From contig CM022679.1 of NCBI GenBank assembly GCA_012295275.1, forward strand, positions 16,182,001 to 16,246,000: a DNA stretch of 64,000 bases, read 5' to 3'. Under the pieces are notes generated by a model that ran no database searches, was not told the DNA's origin, and was given only the letters and a program-made list of their open reading frames with translations. The first letter of the stretch is position 1, and each line of letters opens with the position of its first letter. Both the position numbers and the translations under genes were made by a program. This stretch comes from Chrysomallon squamiferum (lineage: Eukaryota; Animalia; Mollusca). Of the stretch, positions 1-14,011 are shown one piece after another.

Positions 1-890
1 TGAGATAGATTGATGAGATAGGTTGATGAGATAGACTGATGAGATAGACCAATGAGATAGACTGTTGAGATAGACCGATGAGAGAGACTGATGAGATAGA
101 CTGATGAGAGAGACTCATGAGATAGATTGATGAGAAAGACTCATGAGATAGATTGATGAGATAGACCAATGAGATAGACCGATGAGATAGACCAATGAGA
201 TAGACCAATGAGGTAGACCAATGAGGTAGACCAATGAGATAGATTGATGAGATTGATGAGATAGACTGATGAGATAGATTGATGAGATTGATGAGATAGA
301 CCGATGCGATAGATTGATGAGATAGACTGATGAGATAGACCCATGAGATAGATTGATGAGGTGGATTGATGAGATAGACCGATGAGGTAGACCGATGAGG
401 TAGATTGATGATAGATTGATGAGATAGACTAATGATGTAGATTGATGGGATAGATTGATGAGATAGATTGATGAAGTAGACCGAAGATAGATTGATGAGA
501 TAGACTGATGAGGTAGACCGATGAGGTAGACCGATGAGGTAGATTGATGAGATAGATTGATGAGGTAGACCAATGAAGTATACCAATGAGATAGATTCAT
601 GAGATAGATTGATGATGTAGATTGATGGGATAGATTGATGAGATAGACTGATGAGGTAGTCTGATGAGATAGACTGATGAGATAGATTGATGAGGTAGTC
701 TGATGAGATAGATTGATGAGATAGACATATGAGATAGACCAATGAGATAGATTGATGAGATAGACAGATGAGATAGACTGATGAGATAGAGTGATGAGAT
801 AGATTGATGAGATCAATTGATGAGATAGACTGATGAGATAAATTGATGAGATCAATTGATGAGATAGATTGATGAGATAGAGTGATGTTG
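1..890. repeat. ~13-bp tandem satellite (TGATGAGATAGAY)n, intronic in the minus-strand cadherin; continues off the left edge
   Basis: Direct repetition of tgatgagatagat/c from position 1; source of the spurious ORFs 115..855 and 141..344. Confidence 0.95.
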
Positions 891-1154
891 GACAGATCAG
901 TGGGTGGATAGATCACTGAATGGATAGATTAACTGATGGACAGTTAGACTGGATGGATGGATGAATGGATAGATAGGTTTGATAGATAGATGGGTGGATC
1001 AATTAACTGACAATTAGAAAGATGAAACAGTGGTGGGGCAAATGAATGAACAGAAAATAGATCTACATATAAGGAAACATGGATAATCATTTATTTCAAT
1101 GAAAACTGAAAATGAATGATATATTATTGTTGAAGATTTTGTTGAAAAGCTTAC

Positions 1155-4100
1155 ATCATCTGCATCAGACACTTGTATGTTGAGATCTGGGACCTGTGTG
1201 TTGCCTTTGTTTTGAAGAGTGTCTCTTTCGGTGAGATTGACAGTGTATGAAGGACTGGAAAATGTTGGAATGTTGTCGTTCTTGTCCAGAATGTCAACTG
1301 TAACCACCGAGGTCTGAGTGTCCTGAGTTTCAGAACCATCAGCATTTAACTCCACAGCCTGGAATAACACAGTGTGCTTGAATTAAACGTTTCAAATTCA
1401 AACATACACACACACAGAGACCCACAGAGAATCACACACATGCACTCATACACATACATACACACATACAATATACACACACATATACATACATACATAT
1501 ACACCTATTTACTCACAAACATACATACACACATATATACATATAAACATACATAAATACAAAGATACACACATATACCTACCTACCTACAAATGACCAA
1601 AAATATAATAAACATGTTGCTATAACTTTTATTTCTCTTTTATAAATAATAATTATTATCAATATATTATTATTTCTCATTCTTTACACTCATTATCAGT
1701 GTTATATAATTTATTATAATAGTCATTAAATATATATATTATTATTTCTCATAGTTACAAGTTACAGTTAATATCAATAAGTTAAAGTTGTAAGTATAAG
1801 CACAGTTGTCTTACCTGAATAGTAAACTCATATCTGCCATTGTTTGATTCACGGTCAATCTCGTTGTTGACGTAAAGAGGTGTTTCATAAATAATCGACC
1901 CTTGCCTTTGTTTAACAGCACCTCCAACTCGGAACAGATTGTTTACATCTACAAATACATGCAGATTTCATATCTAAATTCTTTTTAATTATCTTTTTAT
2001 ATATTCACACACACACACATATATATATATAAAATGGCAGGACACTTTGGTTGCAAAGAGTTAAAATGGTAACCAAGTGGAATAATAAGACTAAAGATTT
2101 TTTCAAACTGTATAGTCATACTGCAACACACAATATTTAATATTAATGATTATCAGGTGTCAAATAAATAGAATTGCTGCTGTTGTTGTTGCTGTTACAT
2201 AATAATAACACACAAAGGAAACAGTTAACTATAAGGGATGTTTTGTATGCAGTTTCACAGGAAAATATATGACACAGTTTAAAAACAAACACTTGTAACA
2301 GAAAAGGGATAAAGCACAAAGCCAATGTTTTTCAAGGAACACTGATTGGAATTGGAATATGTACAGTGGATTTACAATGGAGATTTGAATCTGTATTTCA
2401 GTGCACCTCAGGCCAGTACTCTAGCAACTGATTCACAGTCCACCCTGACCCCTCCCCACCAAATGTTTTTTTTAATAATAACAAATAACTAACATTATTT
2501 TTCAAAATACATTACAAAAATAAATGAATATTATTATTTCTAAGGGAAATAATGCTTAATTCTAAATTAATTTTTCACTAAGGGAAATAACTGTATTCTA
2601 AATTAATCATTTGCTAATGGAAATAACTGTATTCTAAATAACACTTTGCCTTTCTCTCTTTCTGTGTTTGTTTTTAATAAAGTAGGAACATACCCTTGAT
2701 TATTTTGATTTGCACTGGTCGGCCATCTCCTGTGTCGCCATCCTGGGCCAGGAGCTGAGTGGGCAGCTTCGTCCCCTGCAACAACAACACTGTGCACTCA
2801 TCATCTAACACAACAACAACACTGTGCATTTCTCATCTAACACAACAACAACACTGTGCACTCATCATCTAACACAACAACAACACTGTGCACTCATCAT
2901 CTACACACAACAACAACACTGTGCACTCATCATCTACACACAACAACAACACTGTGCACTCATCATCTACACACAACAACAACACTGTGCATTTCTCATC
3001 TAACACAACAACAACACTGTGCACACATCATCTAACACAACAACACTGTGCATTTCTCATCTAACACAACAACAACACTGTGCATTTCTCATCTAACACA
3101 ACAACAACACTGTGCACACATCATCTACACACAACAACAACACTGTGCACACATCATCTAACACAACAACAACACTGTGCACACATCATCTAACACAACA
3201 ACAACACTGTGCATTTCTCATCTAACACAACAACAACACTGTGCACTCATCATCTAACACAACAACAACACTGTGCATTTCTCATCTAACACAACAACAC
3301 TGTGTCCATTTCTCATCTAACACAACAACAACACTGTGTGTTTCTCATCTAACACAACAACAAAAAAATATAAATTTTCTTTCATACATACAAAAACAAA
3401 ACAACAACACTGTGCACACATCATCTAAGTTAAAACAACAACACTGTGCACACATCATCTAACACAACAACAACACTGTGCATTTCTCATCTAACACAAC
3501 AACACTGTGCATTTCTCATCTAACACAACAACAACACTGTGCATTTCTCATCTAACACATTAAAACAAAGCTAAGCTTGTTATGTGTGTCTGTCTGTGTG
3601 TGTGTGTGTTCAACAAACAAAATAATATACTTGTTTTCATGTCTTGTAAAACTGAAGTTGTGGGCATGAGAATATCTGTCTGTATGTATGTATGTATGTA
3701 ATACAGTCATATTAAGTATGTTTTTTTTTTCTTATGTATTAAATTTATCTTCATAATAACCACCATACTGAAAGAAAACTGTTATGTCCCCAGATTAGTT
3801 AACAGATGTGATAAAGTCTATTCTAGATTTCAGTCAACTTAGTGTTAGTGGACACATAAGTAAATTAGTGACAGTCAGACATATATTTAAATGAACTTGA
3901 AACAAAAAAACATACAACAGGAATATTCTCTTCTACTGTAATAGCAATGGGTGTGTTCAAAATGGTTGGAGGTGTGTCCTGTCTGTCAATCACTTCAATA
4001 CCAACATTTTTTGTTGTGTTTAACTTCACTAGGGAACCTTGATCCTGAAAATAAAAAATATAAATTTAACTTTTATACATACAAAAAGAAAATTATATTG

Positions 4101-4540
4101 ATATGTGTATTCTGAGGATACTGAAGTTAAAAAAATTTTCTAAGGATATTAAAGACAAGACGAGGACAATGAATAATATAATAAAATGTTTTCCATTTTT
4201 CAGGAATGTGATAAGATTATTTTTTACTGATGTTGGAAATAACATGTTTTTTAAGGTTACTGAATATTTGTGGTTTTCTACCAAGACTGAAGATGAAAGA
4301 TTATCAAAGGATACAGAGATTAATTTTACCTCAGCAAATATGGTATATGTGTAAGATTTCACTCTTTCGTAATCTAATGGTTTATTCAAAATGAGATTCA
4401 GAGTGTAATGACCCTGGGAGGTCTGTTCGGCTTTGAGTCGAAAAGTCGAGCAGGCATCCTTCGTCTGAAACCAAAACAGTTTCAACAGGTAATTAAATAA
4501 ACATGTTAGAAAAATATTAGTAATAAAGGAAAAAAAAATT

Positions 4541-4603
<63 letters not shown>

Positions 4604-6281
4604 CATTTTTATTTACATTTAAATATTCAAAATTAAAAAAAAAAAAAATTATATATCCCCAAAAAAGAAAAATAGTCAATTACAGGAATCTTCCTGGCCT
4701 CAAAATTTTGTCTGTAAAATTTTATTATTTATCTAAGATTTAATACAACAGCATTTAACAAAACTGGAATGATCTGAACAAAGAGAATTTAAATTTAAGA
4801 AGGATTCAATGAGTAACTGATTGGTTTAAGTGTAAGTATGACATTACCTGAACACTGAATGTTCAACTTACATAGTAGACACTTCCCAAATTCAGCCAAC
4901 ATACAGAGTGATTATATACTCCTTCTGCAGATTAAAATTTTTATAACTTCTAATCTTTGCATGAAAATAGGCTACAAAATATATTTCTAGAACTTCAGAA
5001 TCATATCACAATTTGTATCCATGATTATGATGGTTACATTGAAAAGCAAGAATCTTAACAAAAATTCTTTTTTCTTATCCTTTATATAAACCAATTCTAT
5101 CATGCATAGATAAGTAGTTATAAAAAATTTAAATTGCACGATCATCTTGTAATCACCCTGATGTTGGCTGAATTTGGCAAGTGACCATCAAGAAAAATTT
5201 TCAGAGTATAGTTTTATTATTAGTGTAACAACAGAACTGGTGACTGTACCTCAGTGCATGTGAACTGAACAATAGCATTGAAAACAATGTCACGATCAAC
5301 AACCTTGATGGGATTGATGGTTTTTATGGTTGAGCCAACCTGTAAATCTGTATGAAAAAAAAATATATAATGATATTTCTCATACAGTTTTAAAACACTA
5401 TGTTTAAGTTAAAAAAGTTAAAATAATAATATTATTAACTGAATGTGCTTTAGAAAACAGAAACAAAATAAGTTCAGATATAGTGTTAAATGACGACTGA
5501 TCTAGATAACAATAATTGTATAAGCTCTGACACTGTTTTAAATGAGGACTGTTCTAGAAAACAATAATTGTATCAGCTCTGATACAGTGTTAAACAAACT
5601 GTATACATTCTGATACAGTGTTAATTAAAGTCTGGTTTATTTAGATAACAATTACTCAATAAAACATTATAAGTGAGTACTAGATCAGAGTTACTAAATA
5701 ATGGTGAATTTTAAAGACCTCTGCCTTAGCATAACGAACTGGCTCACCTCTGGCACATTAGCCTTGTATGGCTCATTGAGAAAGGTAGGCCGATTGTCAT
5801 TTACATCTTTGATGGTTATGTCTATGTCAGCAGTTGCCTGAAACACAGAGTTAACAATAAACAAGTAAAGACAGAAGAAATCTTTTATATAATTTTTGTT
5901 TTGTTTTGTTTTATGCTTGAATGTGCCTCTAAATATTCATTCTCTCATACAGTCACAGTTTGAACTTACATTAACCAGGTTACTATTAGAACAGCATATA
6001 ACAATCATCTCAACCAAATATATTGATAATGTTTAAAAATAAAAACAAATAAAAACACCAAAAAAAACAACATTTCATGTGAAGAAATGTGAGTGGATGA
6101 TTAATTTCTCTGATATAAAAAGATAAGAAAGAGTAATAAAGTGAACATCAAACAATTACAGAAATACTCACAGATAAACCTCGACTGTCTTCACAAATAA
6201 ATTTGGGTTTTACTAAAGATGTGTTTCTAATGTCACTCTGCAAATAACAAAGATTATTTATATCAGTAACATATATATATA

Positions 6282-6358
<77 letters not shown>

Positions 6359-6768
6359 AAAACTGAATGGTAAAATAACAATTTATAAGCATCTGACAAT
6401 AGGTGTTTTTAAATAAAGACAACTTATTTTAGGTCATCATAGGAAACCCATTTTAGGTTTCAGAGAAAATTCAATTTGGGGTGGCCTAGGAAAATAGTTC
6501 ATTTAATTACAAGAATATTTTAACAAAAGAAAAAAGTTCATATTAATAATTTCTGATTTCTTTTTCAGGATCTTACCTCTCTATCCAGGGCAACCTGTAG
6601 AGTGACCAAGCCACTGTGTGGATCGATACTCAGTGAATTACTCTCTATTTTGTATGTAATGGTGTCCTGTGGGTCTGGGTCAGAACACATGATATAACCA
6701 ACAGGAGAGCCTGGAAGCACGACAAAAATTAAATAGAGAAACTGACATAATTCTCTGTGAGTGTGTGT

Positions 6769-6861
<93 letters not shown>

Positions 6862-8043
6862 GTATATTTTTGACATTTCAATTTTAAACAACCTATGTAG
6901 TTACCTTTTGGAAGATTTTCAAACAAACCCTCAGTAGTTAGTCTCTTAGTTAAGGTTCCATCAGCCTCAGTGCCATTAGGAAACCTTGTCACAAAGGCAG
7001 GACTGTTATTGAGAACTGAAATTACAAAATAACCAAACAATGAGTGAAATTTTCTTTAAAAATTAGTTCTTTAATGGACAACATAAAAATAAAGTCTATA
7101 GGTAAACTCAATCATTCAGTACATTTTTTATGTTATTCTTATTCATTCAATAATTTTTGAATGTCACTCTTATTCATTTAATATATTTTTTATGTTACTT
7201 TTATTCATTAACTAAATATTTATGTTAGTTTTATTTATTTAACACATTTTGTACACCATTTTTATTCATTTAATATATTTTATATATGTATTAATATTTA
7301 TATGTAACTCATACAGTTAATAAAATTTGTATGTCACTTTTATACATTTAATAAAATTTGTATGTCACACATCTAATAAAATGTGTGTGTCACTACTATA
7401 CATTTAATAAAAATTGTGTGTCACCTTTATAGAGCTAATAAAATTTGTATGTCACACATCTAATAAAATGTGTGTGTCACTACTATACATTTAATAAAAA
7501 TTGTGTCACCTTTATAGAGCTAATAAAATTTGCATGTCACTCTTGTACATTTAATGAAATTTGTATGTCACTCTTATTATATATTTAATAAAATTTCTAT
7601 GTCATTGTTAAATATTTAATATTATTTATTTCTCACTTTATACTTCTAATAAATCTGTGTGTGACTATTATACATTTAATAAAATTTGTATGTCACTTAT
7701 ACATTTAATAAAATTTGTATGTCACTTATACATTTAATAAAATTTGTATGTCACTTATACATTTAATGAAATTTGTAATGTTACTTTTATACATTTAACG
7801 AAATATGTATGTTATTCATGCAGTTTTTAACATTATGTATGTTATGTCACTGTTATACTTTTAATAAAATGTGTATGTCAGTCTTAAATATTTAATAAAT
7901 GTACATGACTCTCATTCATTTAATAAAAACTGTTGTGTTACTTTTATTCATTTAATATAGTTTGTATAATTTGTTATTCTTTAATAATCTCAACATCCCA
8001 TACTTACTTTGACTTTTTGTTGGTTGAAACCAAAAGGCCTGGA

Positions 8044-8105
<62 letters not shown>

Positions 8106-8607
8106 TAATAATAATAGTAATAACAATGATCATGATTATGATAAATTGAAACAATATAGTGTTTGCATTTCTCTTATATTCTGCATACTGTCAGAGCTAT
8201 GTGTTTTTGTGTACATGTATTATACTTAATATAATAAAATATAATTTATAATAAATAACAACAACAATGACAACAATAATAATAATAATAAAGAACCAAA
8301 AATGCCGATAATAACAACAGTAATTAATTAATTAATAATAATCATAATACAAAAATCATAATAATAACAACAGTAACAACAACAAAAATAAGATATAAAA
8401 ATGACAATAATAACAACAACAACAGTAATTAAGTAATAATATTAATAATAAAAACAACAAAAACAGCAACAATAATAATAACAATATAATGCAATAATTA
8501 TTATTTATAAATATAAATGGTTTATAACTGATGTTATGAAAAGATATAGTTTACTTAGTCTTACCTAGCAAGGTCAAGGAAATAAATATTAAATCTTTGG
8601 ACATCAT
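1155..8607 (-). CDS. Cadherin-related protein (Cad87A/CDHR-like), N-terminal part (signal peptide, EC1 to start of EC4); 3' end lies outside the window
   Basis: GT-AG exons on the minus strand: 8607-8565 (MMSKDLIFISLTLL), possible 8038-8008, 7015-6905, 6710-6577 (CSDPDPQD..LDRE), 6237-6172, 5837-5748 (DVNDNRPTF..VPE), 5339-5250, 4464-4330 (LDYE), 4044-3916 (DRQDTPP), 2775-2694 (AQDGD), 1948-1815 (IDRE), 1358-1155 (DKNDNIPTF). Phases chain consistently apart from the two anomalies listed in findings. Ca-binding motifs PE, LDRE, DxD and DxNDNxPxF are present. Confidence 0.9.
2778..3558. repeat. 32-bp minisatellite (AACACAACAACAACACTGTGCA[CTCATC/TTTCTC]ATCT)n
   Basis: tgtgca recurs at 2791, 2823 and onward; the array directly abuts the acceptor of the minus-strand exon 2775-2694. 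Confidence 0.95.
4880..5183. mobile_element. MITE-like element of ~300 bp with ~34-bp imperfect terminal inverted repeats
   Basis: 4880-4914 cacttcccaaattcagccaacatacagagtgatta versus the reverse complement of 5150-5183 cacttgccaaattcagccaacatcagggtgatta; AT-rich non-coding interior; TSD not clearly resolved. Confidence 0.6.
7100..7960. repeat. Degenerate ~29-31-bp AT-rich minisatellite (TTTGTATGTCAC..TATACATTTAATAAAA)n
   Basis: Repeated aaatttgtatgtcac / acatttaataaaa; best conserved at about 7660-7780. Confidence 0.85.
8044..8125. repeat. (AAT)n microsatellite
   Basis: Direct observation; source of the poly-Asn in ORF 7933..8229. Confidence 0.95.
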
Positions 8608-8859
8608 CCTGTCTGAGAATGATGTTTATCACACAACTAGCACCTAAAATAATAAAAATAAATAAACAAATATGCTTCTTTGACATCAAAAATACTAAAA
8701 TATTTTGTGGTATCATATTATGACTCCTGACATATTTGGTTACATACAGAGTTAGAGACTAGTATCTCAAAAAAACATACACCTACACATACATACAGAA
8801 AAAAACAGTAACATACACACTCTCACACACACACATACATATATGACTATATGTGCATG

Positions 8860-8868
8860 TGTATATGT

Positions 8869-8912
<44 letters not shown>

Positions 8913-8923
8913 TCATGTACCTG

Positions 8924-9005
<82 letters not shown>

Positions 9006-9056
9006 TTTATGTTTGTAAAAGAAATTTAATTCATTTATACAAAGATACATACACAT

Positions 9057-9119
<63 letters not shown>

Positions 9120-9170
9120 TATAATACACAAACATATACACACACACATACATACATAAACATACATATA
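8860..9170. repeat. Compound (GT)n(AT)n(AG)n(AT)n(AC)n microsatellite cluster
   Basis: Direct observation. Confidence 0.9.
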
Positions 9171-9404
9171 TATGTTTTAACAGCAGGTATGCAAAACAGT
9201 GTGGAATAGTTCAGTATTCAAATATACTATAAGATAAATGAATGTATTTTACACAGGCTTTTAGACAATCACATATTACAGAGTTTTTTAACTGTAACAT
9301 ACATAAATATATCTCATAGCAATCGGTATGATTTTACTGCAAGGTTTTTTATATTAATGTAAGTATAATTAATATCAAGACATCAAAAATAACGCACTAC
9401 TTAC

Positions 9405-9686
9405 CTTTTAAAATATTATTACAAGTTAGTATGAAACACACATTTACAACTCCATTAGGGTGTGTATATACATCAGAGTTATTCCATAAGTAGATGTTAT
9501 AGAGATATTACACAGGTCTGAACTACCCGTTATTTGCCGAGGTCCGCTGTATTCAGTTTTCGATCCCAACTACACAGACCGGTTTGGCGGGTGTAAAAAT
9601 AGCAGCATTGTAACAACATTCGTGCCTAGCGCCGCCCACTACACTGCGAGAAAACTGTGAAAGTTCGTGTATATCAAAAAAAAAAA

Positions 9687-9724
<38 letters not shown>

Positions 9725-10320
9725 CAGTTTTAAAAATAAAAAGAGATAAAATCAAAATAAAAAAAGAAAACAAGGATTGAGTGATGGAGTGAACAGATGA
9801 AAGGAAGAAATTTTTAAAAGTTTCATTTTTATATATTTATTTATATTAGTATTAGTATTATTTTATTTTATTTTATTTTATTTTTTTTTAATATCTATAA
9901 ATTGTTTTTCGTTAAATTATTTGTGAAATACAGAATTATTTCTAATTCTTTTTAATTTGGTTTTGACGTTTCTTTAACGTCATGGCACCGTTTGACAGTG
10001 AAAAACAAAATGCACGTGTTTTACTATCTAAATTAACGGACCATCGTTACGACAAATGGTCACACATTTAAAAATTAATGTTTGATTAATTGCAGGATTC
10101 GTTAATGAATTTACAGATACATTTTCTAAAAACTATTTCATTCAGTTCCTAATTCTGGAATCCCAGACTGAAAAGAGCGCCTTATTGAAATAATGATACA
10201 AACGACTTGCAAAACCGGTTATGTGCTAAGAATAGCGCTCTAGGAACGTAAGGGTATGGCCTGGCTTCTCGCACAGAAGTGGAATAAGACAGGGCGTGTT
10301 GACAGGCAGGTGACGATCAG
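9405..10320. promoter_or_regulatory. Putative bidirectional promoter with non-coding first exons of the two divergent cadherin genes
   Basis: Minus-strand donor AAG|GTAAGT at 9404 and plus-strand donor CAG|GTAAAG at 10321. CpG-containing, GC-richer patches at about 9530-9670 and 10190-10320 stand out from CpG-poor flanks. The next exons (acceptors at 8644 and 10898) carry the signal-peptide ATGs. Confidence 0.55.
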
Positions 10321-10791
10321 GTAAAGTGCTATATCTGTTTTTGTTTCATACGATTTTATACGAATATTATTAAATATTATTAAATAAATTCTGTTGCCAT
10401 AGTTACAAACGCTGATTGAAAACTGGCTAACGTCCTCGAAAGTTCGAAGTGTGATAACGGTAACTGACGGATTATTATCAGATACTTGTACAGGTATAGA
10501 TAGATGCTCACTATCAGAGGAACAGTGCAAATAAAATATGTTCAGATATTGATAGGTAATAACAGCCAGTATTGCATTAACAAAGGTTTTCCCTCTGGCG
10601 GCAACGTTAATAAAAACACACACCATTCACATTTTATACTTTTAATATCACTTGATGTTGAGGTGTTACTGAACATAATTGTATTTATTATTTGTACACA
10701 CTTACATGCTTGTGCCAGCCTTTCTGCAACCTTTAATAAGTATGATGAATGTGTTATAGGAGTCCATGTCCATGATTAATATCACAAAGAT

Positions 10792-10823
<32 letters not shown>

Positions 10824-10944
10824 TTTTATTTTATTTTATTTTATTTTATTTTATCTATATATCTATCTATTTATTTATTTATTTTTATTTTATTTCAGAG
10901 GTGAAGACTAAGTTCTGTGTCTGGTGTGAGCAGACAACATCAAG

Positions 10945-13900
10945 ATGGACCACATAATGGTGGTTCTCTCTGTTCTTCTGTGTGGTGAGTTGAACTGAAG
11001 TGTTGTTTAGAGTTACTGTGTATTATATAAGCAATACAACACTGTGTATTATACAGGCTGTATAACACAGAGTATTATATATGCAGTAAAACACAGAGTA
11101 TTATATGGGCAGTAAAACAGTGACTAATACAGGCAGTGTAGCACAGTGTATTATATAGACAGTATAGCACAGTGTATTATACAGGCAGTGTAGCACAGTG
11201 TATTATATAGACAGTATAACACAGTGTATTATACAGGCAGTGTAGCACAGTGTATTATATAGACAGTATAGCACAGTGTATTATATAGACAGTATAACAC
11301 AGTGTATTATACAGGCAGTGTAGCACAGTGTATTATATAGACAGTATATCACAGTGTATTATACAGGCAGTGTAGCACAGTGTATTATATAGACAGTATA
11401 TCACAGTGTATTATATAGACAGTATAACACAGTGTATTATACAGGCAGTGTAGCACAGTGTATTATATAGACAGTATAACACAGTGTATTATACAGGCAG
11501 TAAGCACAGTGTATTATATAGACAGTATATCACAGTGTATTATATAGACAGTATAACACAGTGTATTATGCAAGCAGTGTAGTGCAGAATATTATATAGG
11601 AAGAATAACAGTGTCTAATACAGGCATATAGCACAGTGTATTATTTAGGCATAGGCAGTATAAAGTGTATTATATAGGCAGTATAATATAGCTTATTATA
11701 CAGGCTGTATAACACAGTGTATTACATTGGCAGTATAAGTGTCTATCTAATACAAGCAGTATAGCGCAGTGTATTATACAGGCAGTATAACACAGTGTAT
11801 TATAAGGCAGTATAGCACAGTGTATTATACAGGCAGTATAACACAGTGTATTATATAGGCAGTATAACAATACAATATAAGATAGCACAATGTATAATAC
11901 ATAATATATTGTATATGACAAGCTTATTTATTAAGTATAAGTTTTTCTGGATATTATGGGCCTTCTTTCTGTGAGAGTGTAATTGATTAAAAAGTATTTT
12001 AAATGGAGAGATTGTGTATATGGAACTATTCTAATGAACATGAAATGTATGTATCTTCAATTCTTTATTGAAAATATATTTGATGGTATTTGTTTTAAAA
12101 CCTATGAAATTCCCGTATTCTTTTTACATGCATTGAAATACATAATTCTGTAATTTTTATTTACTGATTTTATTTATTTATTTCTCTTGCAGGTCACTTT
12201 GCTACTGCACAGAACAGGGCTCCTTATTTTTTTGAAAATGCTACAATGAATGGATTTCATATCTCAGAAGACACTCCTGTAGGCAAGTGTGTTTTTTTAA
12301 TTTGGCTTACTGTGTTTTATTTACTGACTCTATACAGCACTGAATAAAAGCAATGAAAGTGTATTCTGATACAGTAAAAACAAAGTAAATACATTTAGTC
12401 ACTGTATCTGTCATGTAGTTTTAACAATAATAATAATTACAAAATGTTCATGAAGAAGTAGTATAACAATAAACTGACTGATAGTTGATGTAAAATATTA
12501 TACAAAATTTCCTAATATTACAGATAATTTTACCATACAAGCTTCTTTTTTTAAAGTTTTTAATGAAGTGTGTCATTGCATTTTTTGTATTTTTTATCAC
12601 ACACACACACGCACATTTATGAATGTGGGAAACTCACAAAATAATACATCATTAATTTAATGTTACATAATTATCCTCAGTGAATTCATATTTTTAAACA
12701 AAATTAATAACAAATAATCTTTTACGTTATTTTCTGAAAAAATATAACTGAAAAAAATAAACAAAAAAATAATTTTATATAAAAACTGTCCAAAAATAAA
12801 ATAAAAATTTTATTACAAAAATTGTCTTAAATGTTGTGTTTCTTGTTGTAAAACATTTTTTAAAATAATATAAAGAAAATTATTTTTAATGACAAAAGAA
12901 ATCTTTCCAGGTACTGTCATATATCGTCTGCAAGGTACAGATCCAGATGGTAATGTTATTTTTTACTCCATCAAACCAGCAAATGAGGAGTTGCTTGTTA
13001 ATCAAAACAATGGAAAAGTTACCCTCAAAGCTCCACTAGTTTATAATCCAGTAAGTTTATTATTAATTTGTCAAACTGATGAGATTCACAAATCTGTAGA
13101 ATCACAAACTGATATGAAGATTCTCAGATTTGTAAACTCATATAAGCTATCTGTAGGTGCATATACAGAAACTAGATTCACAAATTTATTGATTCATATA
13201 CAGAAACTAGATTCACAAATTTATTGATTCAAATATGATATCTTTAGATTTACATATGGATTAATAAATCTGAAGATTTACAAATCATGTGGTATCTATA
13301 GATATTTATACAAATCTGTAAATTTAATAAACCACAGATTCACAAATTAAAAATGATATTTTTAAAAAATAATATGTTTTTATCAATACGTAAAGCACTG
13401 TTAATGAACTTTCCAAATCTAAGCATTACAATTATGCAAGTTTATAACAACAGTAATTTTTATTTTTTTATTTTTTTTAGGTTGATTATGAAAGGAAGTT
13501 TACCATCATTATTACAGATCAGTTTGGTGTTTTTGTAAGTAATTTTACATATTGATCTATAGTATATTTATAAAATTATGGTAATTATTATTGATATAAC
13601 TGTTATTATTATTATTATTATTACTGTTATTATTACTCTTATCATTAATGATTATTACCAATATTATTATTATTGTTATCAGTTATTACTATCATTATTT
13701 CATTATAATTCTGTTATTATTATTATTAAACATAAAAAAAATTATATATATAGTTTTACAAATTTAAACATGACAGTTACTAGTTTATTAGTAAAAAAAT
13801 TAATATCATTAATAAAATAAATACTTACATTTGATTCTGAATACTATAAAGCCATTTCTATTTATAAATATATATTTTTTGGTTTAATTAAAAAAAATGT

Positions 13901-13980
13901 AACAGTCATGGTTTGGAGTTTTTTGTTAGGTTTCTTTTCTTGGGGGGGGGTGCAGGTTTTTTTTATTTAACAGTGTAATG

Positions 13981-14011
<31 letters not shown>

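Noticed and set aside
115-855. 246-aa ORF (SSIYLISLSHQ repeats)
   Set aside because: Translation of a 13-bp satellite; no splice or domain support
10240-10779. 128-aa (-) and 91-aa (+) ORFs in the divergent promoter region
   Set aside because: No recognisable domain; they overlap the putative first exon and intron
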